A stretch of DNA of 64,000 nucleotides from an uncultured Candidatus Saccharibacteria bacterium (GTDB taxonomy: Bacteria > Patescibacteriota > Minisyncoccia > Phycocordibacterales > UBA2100): assembly GCA_964399865.1 (NCBI GenBank), contig CAYNRJ010000001.1:2315-66314 (forward strand), in the 5' to 3' direction. A program made the position numbers and the translations under genes. The number at the start of each line of letters is the position of its first letter. The first letter of the stretch is position 1. Below are positions 10,325 through 18,611 of the stretch, in pieces. Below the pieces are notes generated by a model that was not told the DNA's origin, made no database searches, and worked only from the letters and a program-made list of their open reading frames with translations.

Positions 10325-11513
10325 GCTGTTAGGGTATGTAAGCATAGGATTTGTCGCGAGCCTATGTTTTTTTATATCTGCAGGGGTGACACACGCTGCG
10401 ACTCTCTCGCTTTCACCATCATCCGGCTCATATTCGGCCGGAGATACTCTGACAGTATCAATCCTAGTTTCGAGTACGGATCAAGCCATCAATGCTGCGT
10501 CTGGTACCATACATTTTCCCGAAGATGTATTGCAGGTACTCTCCATCTCTAAAGCGAATTCAATTTTGACCCTATGGGTACAAGAGCCTTCCTTTTCCAA
10601 TACTTCTGGCACGGTAGATTTTGCCGGCGTAGTGCCCAATCCAGGCTATACCGGTAGTGGAGGTAATCTCATAACCGTACGCTTCCGTGCTCGTTCTCCG
10701 GGTACTGCAAACCTTACAATTTCACCTGCCGAGACGCTTGCAAACGACGGCAGCGGCACGAATGTATTAGCCGGTGCTTCTGGTGCAACGATCACGATTA
10801 CTTCGGCAAAGGCAACCATACAAGATTCACAAAGGCCACCTGCTGAAGATCTGGAGGAATCGGCAGAGGAAGTTGAGTCTGACACCGGTATACAACCACC
10901 GATTATAACGAGCTCAACGAAACGTGTCCCCCTCGGAGGGGCAGCTGAAGTAACAGGTTCTTCTATTTATCCTGGTGCTACGGCGGAGCTTACACTTCAG
11001 GGTTCTGGCGGTATTATTCTCACGGTTAACGGTTCCGTCGGAGAGAACGGGGTATTTTCTCTAACCCAACAGCATTCCATAATTCCAGGTGAGTACATTG
11101 GATCAGTGGTTGTCCATCAGGGCAATGCCCAAAGCTCTCCCTCTGAGCCGTTCGTCATAACGTTTGAAGGGGAGCCATTCCTTTCAAAAGCGCTCGATTT
11201 TCTGATGCAGCCGATGCTTCTTATCACGTATGGCTTTATAGCGGCATTCGGGATAGGACTTGTGCTCGGCAGATACTTCTTTAGGTCGAAAAAACTTACC
11301 GTGAACGATGCCCTCTATGATGTAGATGTTGAGGTGCATAAATCGTTCCTCAAGCTTCGCGAACGTATTAATCAGTCAATTGCAGAATTACAGCGAGAGA
11401 GTGAAAATCGTGAACTCACCGATGCGGAAGCGCGATTCATTAAGCAAATGACGGGAACCATTAAAGATACCGAGAAGGCAGTCGAGAAAGATATACACCA
11501 GGCCGAGCATTAA
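10299..11513 (+). CDS. Cohesin-domain protein with Ig domain, TM helix and cytoplasmic coiled coil
   Basis: ATLSLSPSSGSYSAGDTLTVSILV...INAASGTIHFP...SILTLWVQEP, paralogous to the preceding gene; TM near the C-terminus. Confidence 0.75.
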   Translation: MYENARFGRLLGYVSIGFVASLCFFISAGVTHAATLSLSPSSGSYSAGDTLTVSILVSSTDQAINAASGTIHFPEDVLQVLSISKANSILTLWVQEPSFSNTSGTVDFAGVVPNPGYTGSGGNLITVRFRARSPGTANLTISPAETLANDGSGTNVLAGASGATITITSAKATIQDSQRPPAEDLEESAEEVESDTGIQPPIITSSTKRVPLGGAAEVTGSSIYPGATAELTLQGSGGIILTVNGSVGENGVFSLTQQHSIIPGEYIGSVVVHQGNAQSSPSEPFVITFEGEPFLSKALDFLMQPMLLITYGFIAAFGIGLVLGRYFFRSKKLTVNDALYDVDVEVHKSFLKLRERINQSIAELQRESENRELTDAEARFIKQMTGTIKDTEKAVEKDIHQAEH

Positions 11514-11584
11514 TCGAGGAAGGGAGGTGTACTCGATTTCCCCTCCGTGCTGATTTCGGCAAGTCAAAATGGTAAAATTGCAAT

Positions 11585-11719
11585 ATGGAAGGCTTAAATA
11601 CTTTTTTGAAAATGCTGATCGATTTTCTCGTGCAGATACTCACGCTTTTTGTTAATTTTTTTATCGCCCTTCTCAATCTTATTTTGGACTTCGCACGTAG
11701 TATTGCGGGAATGGTATAG
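11585..11719 (+). CDS. 44-aa amphipathic/hydrophobic small protein (not in ORF track)
   Basis: MEGLNTFLKMLIDFLVQILTLFVNFFIALLNLILDFARSIAGMV*; TGgTAAAAT lies 6 nt before the ATG. Confidence 0.6.
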   Translation: MEGLNTFLKMLIDFLVQILTLFVNFFIALLNLILDFARSIAGMV

Positions 11720-11750
11720 AAACAAAACGCGGGGCCATTTGGCCCCGCGT
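11720..11750 (-). terminator. Intrinsic terminator between convergent small genes
   Basis: acgcggggcc-attt-ggccccgcgt with an A-tract on the left (U-tract on the minus strand). Confidence 0.7.
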
Positions 11751-11778
11751 CGTCACACTTCAGAAGAGAATAGAGAAA

Positions 11779-11970
11779 TTATTCTTCTGGTGTTGGATTC
11801 GTTCCGATATTCACCTCAAGTCCGTTGTTCGTTTCCTCAACGGGTGCAGCTTTGCCGTACTTCATATACCACCATACTCCGCCACCCACCAAAATGAGAA
11901 GCACAAGCACGATGAGGATCGTGTTCACTCCGCTTCCGCTATTCACATTTCCTGTATTTGTATCGTCCAT
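11779..11970 (-). CDS. Small single-TM protein
   Basis: 63 aa; ILIVLVLLILVGGGVWWY followed by an acidic tail. Confidence 0.7.
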   Translation of the reverse strand: MDDTNTGNVNSGSGVNTILIVLVLLILVGGGVWWYMKYGKAAPVEETNNGLEVNIGTNPTPEE

Positions 11971-12073
11971 GGATATAGATTAATTATTAATATTTGTATG
12001 TTCCTCATAGTATCACGCACTGAAGAGCACGATTCAGCCTTGAATATTCAGGGAGTGGATGTACAGTTTATAC

Positions 12074-12640
12074 ATGATAAAAAACGTTTACATTCCCACG
12101 ATACTCATCACGGTCTTCCTCACAATTGCCGGAGGAGTGTGGTGGTGGTACCTAGGATCTCCTTCGCTTGACGAATTGAAAGCGCGCATACGTACCCCGA
12201 TCGCACGTGAAGAAGAGACGCCTGCCGCAGAGACGTCGCAAGTTTTCGTTGCGTTCTTGGATACCGCAGGAACGACAAACGGAAAGGAGAGGGGTTGCGA
12301 CAAGGTGGTTATGGTTCCGTATACGATAGATAAGACGAGAGCACCGCTTACGATCGCTCTCTTTATCTTGTTCGATATTGATGAGGAGAACGCCAATGGA
12401 CTCTTCAGCTACATCGCGCGCACGAATGATACACTCGCTTTCGACCGTGCGACCGTGGTAGATGGCACAGCTCATATCTATCTCACGGGATCTCTCACCG
12501 GGCTCGCAGGAGTCTGCGATGATCCACGTGCTGCAATTCAAATTGAGGAGACAGCCCTCCAATTCCCAACGGTGCAGCGAGTGCAGCTATACCTGAACGA
12601 AGAGCCTACAACCCTCATCCCTGACATGCGTGGGGAATAG
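12074..12640 (+). CDS. GerMN-domain membrane-anchored protein
   Basis: N-terminal TM; GCDKVV...AGVC...QIEETALQFPTVQRVQLYLN. Confidence 0.75.
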   Translation: MIKNVYIPTILITVFLTIAGGVWWWYLGSPSLDELKARIRTPIAREEETPAAETSQVFVAFLDTAGTTNGKERGCDKVVMVPYTIDKTRAPLTIALFILFDIDEENANGLFSYIARTNDTLAFDRATVVDGTAHIYLTGSLTGLAGVCDDPRAAIQIEETALQFPTVQRVQLYLNEEPTTLIPDMRGE

Positions 12641-12651
12641 TATCTACAAGT

Positions 12652-13047
12652 ATGAAAACAACACGAGAAAAACTAGCTGACCTGTTTGGGTTCGGGTTCG
12701 CGCTGTGGCTCTTCGGATTTGTCCTCGGTATGATGCTGTTCTCTATCGTTCCAACAGCATATCTCGGTCTTGTCATTACACCGTTCGCGTTTGCCGCCGC
12801 TCTCTGGGTTTGTCTGAGACGTTTTCGAGGGAGAGGTGATAGTGGCTTGTACCTTCTCTCTGTGGGCGCTGTATGGCTCTTTATCGCCGTTTCGTTCGAC
12901 TACATATTTCTTGTAAGAGCGTTTTCTGTGGCGAATTATTACGATTTTGATGTGTTTTTGTATTATTTCATTACATTTTTCCTCCCTATTGCGGTGGGGC
13001 GAAGAAATACACAGAGTGCGCCTATACAAGCAGAAGAGGGTATATAG
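12652..13047 (+). CDS. 4-TM membrane protein
   Basis: Four hydrophobic segments; 131 aa. Confidence 0.7.
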   Translation: MKTTREKLADLFGFGFALWLFGFVLGMMLFSIVPTAYLGLVITPFAFAAALWVCLRRFRGRGDSGLYLLSVGAVWLFIAVSFDYIFLVRAFSVANYYDFDVFLYYFITFFLPIAVGRRNTQSAPIQAEEGI

Positions 13048-13056
13048 TTGTGGTAT

Positions 13057-13227
13057 ATGGCAATGGAAAAGATAAAGATTGAGCAGCACACCGTTTCGGG
13101 AGGTGTATGGATCGCATTCTGGCTCTTCACGATCGGGTACCTCAAGCTGACGTTTTGGCAGGGAGTACTCGCAGTTGTGATTTGGCCGTATTACCTTGGC
13201 AACGCGCTCAGCTCAGTAGCACAGTAG
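13057..13227 (+). CDS. 56-aa membrane protein (not in ORF track)
   Basis: MAMEKIKIEQHTVSGGVWIAFWLFTIGYLKLTFWQGVLAVVIWPYYLGNALSSVAQ*; fills the intergenic gap. Confidence 0.7.
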   Translation: MAMEKIKIEQHTVSGGVWIAFWLFTIGYLKLTFWQGVLAVVIWPYYLGNALSSVAQ

Positions 13228-13266
13228 TTCGAAAATCGCCGCTCTTGGTGCGGTAGAATAAAGAAA

Positions 13267-13821
13267 ATGGAATCCAAAGCGACTTTTAAGCGCCATCTAA
13301 AGAGGGATCTTGTTCTTATCGCGCTCAGTACCGCTGCGGCTATAGCGGTAAGTCAGAGTGGGCTGTTTGAGCAGCTCTTTCACATGGACGTGCAGAGTAA
13401 ATATATCGCTGCATTTATCGCAGGAGTATTTTTTACTTCATTTTTCTCAACTCCCTTTGCGATCGCGATGTTCATATCACTTGCGCCCGATATGAGTGTG
13501 CCGGTCATGGTTTTAATTGGCGCGACGGGCGCGCTCCTCGGAGACCTATTTCTTTTTGGATTAATACGAAATACGTTTGCTGCGGATGTTGAATATCTCC
13601 TCGGAAAGAAGCATGTACATAAAAGATTTAAAGCAGCATTTGATCGGCGAGTGTTTCGCTGGATATTGCCATTTGTAGGTGCGCTCATCATCGCTTCACC
13701 GCTTCCCGATGAACTTGGCATTACCCTGATGGGAGTCTCCACTATGAGTGTACGGACCCTGCTTCCCATTTCTTTTGCAATGAATGCGCTTGGAATCTCA
13801 CTTATTGCGCTCATTGCATAA
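13267..13821 (+). CDS. Membrane protein, DedA/SNARE-associated-like
   Basis: GATGALLGD and IIASPLPDELG motifs; several TMs. Confidence 0.6.
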   Translation: MESKATFKRHLKRDLVLIALSTAAAIAVSQSGLFEQLFHMDVQSKYIAAFIAGVFFTSFFSTPFAIAMFISLAPDMSVPVMVLIGATGALLGDLFLFGLIRNTFAADVEYLLGKKHVHKRFKAAFDRRVFRWILPFVGALIIASPLPDELGITLMGVSTMSVRTLLPISFAMNALGISLIALIA

Positions 13822-13838
13822 AGGGGTATAGTTTTTAC

Positions 13839-14144
13839 ATGACGAAAAACCCTTACCTAAACGCGGTTTTTGCGGGCCTGTATATCGTCGCTATAGTTCT
13901 CTTCATCACCGTGGTACTTGAGAACACAGAAGGTCCAGATACGATCCTTGCCCCTATCACCATGCTCTCATTATTGGTGCTATCTGCTGCAACAATGGCA
14001 TACCTCTTTTTCTACCAACCGCTCATGATGTATCTCGAAGGGAACAAGCAGGACGCTGTTCGATTTTTCGTCAAAACTCTGGCCGCCTTTGCGGGCGTTA
14101 CGGGTATCGTGATAGTTGCGCTACTTATCACGTCAACGAAATAG
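13839..14144 (+). CDS. 3-TM membrane protein
   Basis: 101 aa, hydrophobic. Confidence 0.7.
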   Translation: MTKNPYLNAVFAGLYIVAIVLFITVVLENTEGPDTILAPITMLSLLVLSAATMAYLFFYQPLMMYLEGNKQDAVRFFVKTLAAFAGVTGIVIVALLITSTK

Positions 14145-14189
14145 CGCATATTAGATATTACTTATAATCATTCTTAATTAATACATCGT

Positions 14190-14825
14190 ATGAAAAGTTC
14201 ACTACTTATGATGCTTATCGGCGGCGCAGTCATTGTCGCAGGAGGCGGATATCTCATTTTAAATAACTCAAACTCCGATGGAGCAAATGAAGAGATGAGT
14301 CAGCAGGCACCTGATGCATCTGGCACTTTTGCTTCAGTGATGCAGAGCAACAAAGATCTCGAATGTAGTTTCGAATATAACGATGGGGACGGAAATGTCT
14401 CGTCGGGTATCGTCTACATGACTAAAGGAGCGCAGCAGATACGTGGCGATTTCAACATACAGCAAAGCGGCGCGGGGGCCATGGAAATGCATGTTATTCG
14501 CTCTGGTGGGTACAATTACATCTGGGGCCCGGCACTTCCGCAAGGAATTAAAACAAGAGTAGAAGCTGGAGATGAAACAAAATTAATAGAAGGAGGTGAA
14601 GAGGGTGGGGGCATTAGTGAAGACACATCATATTACTGTGAGTCCTGGACACCCGATCAAAATAAATTCTCACTCCCCGTCGACATAGAATTCTCGGATA
14701 TTAGTGCCCGTATTGAAGGAAGCGCATCCATTAGTGACACAACTGCACTGCGATGCGTCGCATGCAATCAAATACCAGCGGGCAGCGGTAGAGAGCAATG
14801 CCTCGCAGCGCTCTCGTGTAATTAA
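14190..14825 (+). CDS. Membrane-anchored exported protein with Cys pairs
   Basis: N-terminal TM; LECSF, YYCESW, and C-terminal CVAC...C...C. Confidence 0.7.
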   Translation: MKSSLLMMLIGGAVIVAGGGYLILNNSNSDGANEEMSQQAPDASGTFASVMQSNKDLECSFEYNDGDGNVSSGIVYMTKGAQQIRGDFNIQQSGAGAMEMHVIRSGGYNYIWGPALPQGIKTRVEAGDETKLIEGGEEGGGISEDTSYYCESWTPDQNKFSLPVDIEFSDISARIEGSASISDTTALRCVACNQIPAGSGREQCLAALSCN

Positions 14826-14940
14826 TTGTTTCTTCACGCGAATGTGTTTCTCTTGTTGAGGGTGTTTCGAGCCACAACACAGTGTGGGGGATTTTTTGTA
14901 TGATTTTCGCGACTGGTTCGTCGTATATACTATGAGTAAC

Positions 14941-16389
14941 ATGAAAACGCAGGTATTACGTGGTTTTGTAGCGGCGATGGCGGTAGTTCTTGCTACTCCG
15001 CAAGCGGTTTTTGCACAGACAGCGCCTTTTGAGGTTTCGGGTTGGATACCGTATTGGCGAGCTGATAAGGGTGTAGAAAGTATCCTTCCGCACCTAGGGA
15101 AATTCACGGAAGTGAATCCTTTCGTCTATACCGTAAAACAAGATGGCTCGTTATTTCTCCCCGAACCTTTGGATACAGGTGCATGGGCCACGCTTCGTGC
15201 GAAATCAAAAGAGCTGAATGTACGATTCATGCCGACAGTGATGTGGGCGAACGCGGACGCAATCCACGACGTTCTTAGTAACCCCGAGAAGCGTGCTGAA
15301 CACATCCGCGGCATTGTAAGTCAGGTGTATGGCCGAGGATTTGAAGGTATCGATATCGATTATGAAGGCAAATACGCCAAAACTCGTCCATACTTTTCCC
15401 TGTTCTTGAAAGAACTTAGTACCGCGATGGGCTTCGATAAATGGATCATGTGTACGATAGAAGCGCGCACACCGCTTGACTCGCGTTACTCGTCACCGGA
15501 ATCTATTCCAAAGGACATTGAATATGCGAACGATTTTGTGGAGATAAACAAGTACTGTGATCAGGTGCGCGTTATGGCGTATGACCAGGGTAGGTATGAC
15601 TTGAAACTTAATGATGCGAACACTGATCCGTACATACCGGTCGCCGACAGTAAGTGGGTTGAGAAAGTGATGCGACTGACGATGCAAGATATTGATAAAA
15701 ATAAACTCCTTATCGGTGTTGCAACATATGGATATGAATACGATATGTTCCCCTCGACAGACGGCAGCGGAGATATGTCTTACTCTCGCTTGTGGTCGTT
15801 CAATCCCGGATATGTCGCAGAAACCGCAACAAAAACAGGTATTGCTCCTATACGTAATTCCGCCGGTGAAATGTCACTCGTATATCCTGCGTCTCAGTCT
15901 GTAGATCCCGCCATACCGCTCCCGAACGCCACACGTGTCATGACATGGAGCGATGCGGAAGCCATTCGTCAAAAAGCTGAGCTTGCAAAAACGCTCGGAC
16001 TTGCCGGTATCGCGATATTTAAAATTGACGGAGGACAAGATCCAAAACTCTGGGATGTGCTTGCGAGCTATAAGGGGGACACCTCAAATGCGAGCGCAGT
16101 TCGCACGGCGCCATCGCCTGCAAGCGGGCTTATTGCATCGTCACTTATTGTGCCAGCAGTCGATCTTCAGTTTGGCGCGCGACGAGAAGAGGTGCGAGCT
16201 CTCCAAAAAATCCTCAATGCCAGTGGGCATATTATAGCGACGACAGGCGGTGGGTCACCTGGTAACGAAACCACATACTTTGGACCTGCGACACGAGCTG
16301 CACTTATCAAATTCCAGAAGGCAAAAAATATTACCCCTGCTGTCGGATACTTTGGTCCAAAAACTCGCGCAGCCTTTGCCTCGCTCTAA
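14941..16389 (+). CDS. GH18 glycoside hydrolase with C-terminal peptidoglycan-binding domain
   Basis: Signal peptide; GIDIDYE catalytic motif; VMAYD; EVRALQKILN...YFGPATRAALIKFQ...YFGPKTR. Confidence 0.85.
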   Translation: MKTQVLRGFVAAMAVVLATPQAVFAQTAPFEVSGWIPYWRADKGVESILPHLGKFTEVNPFVYTVKQDGSLFLPEPLDTGAWATLRAKSKELNVRFMPTVMWANADAIHDVLSNPEKRAEHIRGIVSQVYGRGFEGIDIDYEGKYAKTRPYFSLFLKELSTAMGFDKWIMCTIEARTPLDSRYSSPESIPKDIEYANDFVEINKYCDQVRVMAYDQGRYDLKLNDANTDPYIPVADSKWVEKVMRLTMQDIDKNKLLIGVATYGYEYDMFPSTDGSGDMSYSRLWSFNPGYVAETATKTGIAPIRNSAGEMSLVYPASQSVDPAIPLPNATRVMTWSDAEAIRQKAELAKTLGLAGIAIFKIDGGQDPKLWDVLASYKGDTSNASAVRTAPSPASGLIASSLIVPAVDLQFGARREEVRALQKILNASGHIIATTGGGSPGNETTYFGPATRAALIKFQKAKNITPAVGYFGPKTRAAFASL

Positions 16390-16445
16390 GCTATCCAGAG
16401 TGTCTTCATGAAAAACGCGTAAAACGCGTGTAGTACTATAGGCAT

Positions 16446-17645
16446 ATGGATCTAGAGAAGGCCGCACACGAAGTATTTTTGAAAAATCGACGGAATATAA
16501 ACGGCCATCACTACACTCTTCCTTCCTCTGATCACTACCCGTATCAATGGCTTTGGGATTCTTGCTTTCATGCAATTGTACTCGCGCGCACAGAGCCGCA
16601 GATAGCACGGGAAGAAATACAGGCACTTCTATCACGCCAATTCGAGAACGGACTTGTTCCACACATTATCTATTGGACTCCAGGCATCCTTCATCTGTTT
16701 AGGTGGGGGACTGAAGGCACGAGCTCACTTACGCAGCCCCCGATGCTCGCGTACGCGGTATGGGAAATACATACGAAATCTCCCGATATGCCCTTCTTGG
16801 AGTCGGTGTTCCCAGCACTTCTCCGCTACTATAAATTCCTGTTAACGGAACGCGATCCGCGCGGGCATCACCTGGCGGGAATTATTAACCCTGACGAATC
16901 TGGCGAGGATAATTCGCCGCGCTTTGATGAGCCTCTTGGGGCAGGCCCGGATATATCTCTCGATGATCATCTCCAAAAACGGCATGAGCTCGTGGATGAG
17001 AATCGTGTCTGTAAATTTGATGCCGCGACCTGCATGCGATATCACTTCTGGGTCAAAGACGTTCTATTTAATACGGTCTTGGTAGAGAATTTGAGAGCCC
17101 TGGCACGAATTGCTTCTGCGCTCAATCGCGAGGACGAGGCACACTTACTTTATAAAGACGCCAATAGTGTGGCGGCAGCGATGCGCGAGCATATGTTTGA
17201 AGATGGCGTGTACTGGTCCACGAGCGGCGCTGACTTTAAAAAACTTAAAGTGAATACCTGGTCACATTTTGTTCCGATGTTTGCGGGGCTGTACTCAAAG
17301 GAAGAGGCGGAGGATGTTATGCGTACACATTTTCGTAATGACAATACTTTCAAGGCGTCCTTTGGTATTCGTACTGTATCAAAACAGGAACAATCCTACC
17401 GTTCCTCGTCCGCTGTCGATGATTTTTCTTGGCGGGGACCCATATGGTTCGCATCACAGTGGTTTATTTACAAAGGTCTCCAGCGGTACGGATACATTGA
17501 AGATGCTGCATGGATACGGGAAACAAGTATTCGGTTATTGGAGAAATCTGGGTTTCGGGAATGTTTTAACCCGGACACTGGAGTCGGGTATGGTGCACGG
17601 CACTTCACATGGGGTGCATTAATCCTTGATATGATGGAGGAATGA
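16446..17645 (+). CDS. GH63/trehalase-like (alpha/alpha)6 glycoside hydrolase (MGH1-like)
   Basis: YPYQWLWDSCF, TQPP, ESGEDNSPRFD, WRGPIW and FTW motifs. Confidence 0.85.
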   Translation: MDLEKAAHEVFLKNRRNINGHHYTLPSSDHYPYQWLWDSCFHAIVLARTEPQIAREEIQALLSRQFENGLVPHIIYWTPGILHLFRWGTEGTSSLTQPPMLAYAVWEIHTKSPDMPFLESVFPALLRYYKFLLTERDPRGHHLAGIINPDESGEDNSPRFDEPLGAGPDISLDDHLQKRHELVDENRVCKFDAATCMRYHFWVKDVLFNTVLVENLRALARIASALNREDEAHLLYKDANSVAAAMREHMFEDGVYWSTSGADFKKLKVNTWSHFVPMFAGLYSKEEAEDVMRTHFRNDNTFKASFGIRTVSKQEQSYRSSSAVDDFSWRGPIWFASQWFIYKGLQRYGYIEDAAWIRETSIRLLEKSGFRECFNPDTGVGYGARHFTWGALILDMMEE

Positions 17646-18442
17646 GTCATATCGCGTTCGATATAGGTGGCACATCTGTGCGAGTCGCTGTCGCGAAGGA
17701 AGATGGATTGGGAGAAGTAAAGAAGCAGCAAACACCGCAATCTCCCCAGGAAGCAGTCGCTCTCATCGCATCCCTTGCTCGCGAACTTTGCGGAGAAGAG
17801 AAAATTGATGCTGCAGCGGGCTGTATTCGCGGCCGCGTCGTCGACGGTGTGTTCCTCAAAGACAAGGGACTTCCAGAATGGGAAGGATTCGAACTTGTAA
17901 AAGAACTATCAAATGCACTCGGTAGCTCAGTGAGTGTCTCTCATGATGCGAGCCTCGCAGCTCTTGGAGAGGCGCGATATGGCGCTGGGGCGGGATCTGA
18001 TATTTGTGTGTTCGTTACGGTTTCGACTGGAGTCGGTGGTGGACGCGTGGTCGCGGGCGAAATGGATCGCACCACTTACAACCCAGAAATCGGGAGACAG
18101 CTTATTAATGGGCAAGAACTCGAGGATCTAGTCTCGGGGAGTGCGGTCCACAAAAAATTTGGCATTCACCCGCGCGAACTGGACTCGGAAGAGGAGCGTA
18201 ACAATCTTGCAGATATTCTTGCGATCGGACTCTACAACACGACGCTCCATTGGTCGCCGGAAACAATCGTTCTGGGAGGTTCAATGATTCTCGGTGTGAA
18301 TCCGATTCCGCTTGAAAGAGTGGAGAAGTCCTTTGTCTCTCGAGTAACAATGTATCCAAAGGCACCGTCCCTTAGAATGGCAAAACTTGGCGATAATGCA
18401 GGCCTGGAAGGTGCCCGCGCCCTACTTTTTAGAGGCAAATAG
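17642..18442 (+). CDS. ROK family sugar kinase
   Basis: FDIGGT, GEARYGAG, VSTGVGGG, DNAGLEGA. Confidence 0.85.
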   Translation: MSHIAFDIGGTSVRVAVAKEDGLGEVKKQQTPQSPQEAVALIASLARELCGEEKIDAAAGCIRGRVVDGVFLKDKGLPEWEGFELVKELSNALGSSVSVSHDASLAALGEARYGAGAGSDICVFVTVSTGVGGGRVVAGEMDRTTYNPEIGRQLINGQELEDLVSGSAVHKKFGIHPRELDSEEERNNLADILAIGLYNTTLHWSPETIVLGGSMILGVNPIPLERVEKSFVSRVTMYPKAPSLRMAKLGDNAGLEGARALLFRGK

Positions 18443-18611
18443 TATCCCCGCGTCCATCTTTGAGGAAACCTCGATTTACTGTATAATTGGCTAGTTCTGG
18501 AAATTCGAGAAAAATCCTGATATTTGGCCGTAAAATCCGCCTTTCCCGCATTGAACTGGCAGAAAAAGAGGACAAGCAAAATTGTCCAAAAACGTCCTAA
18601 AAATCACCCCA

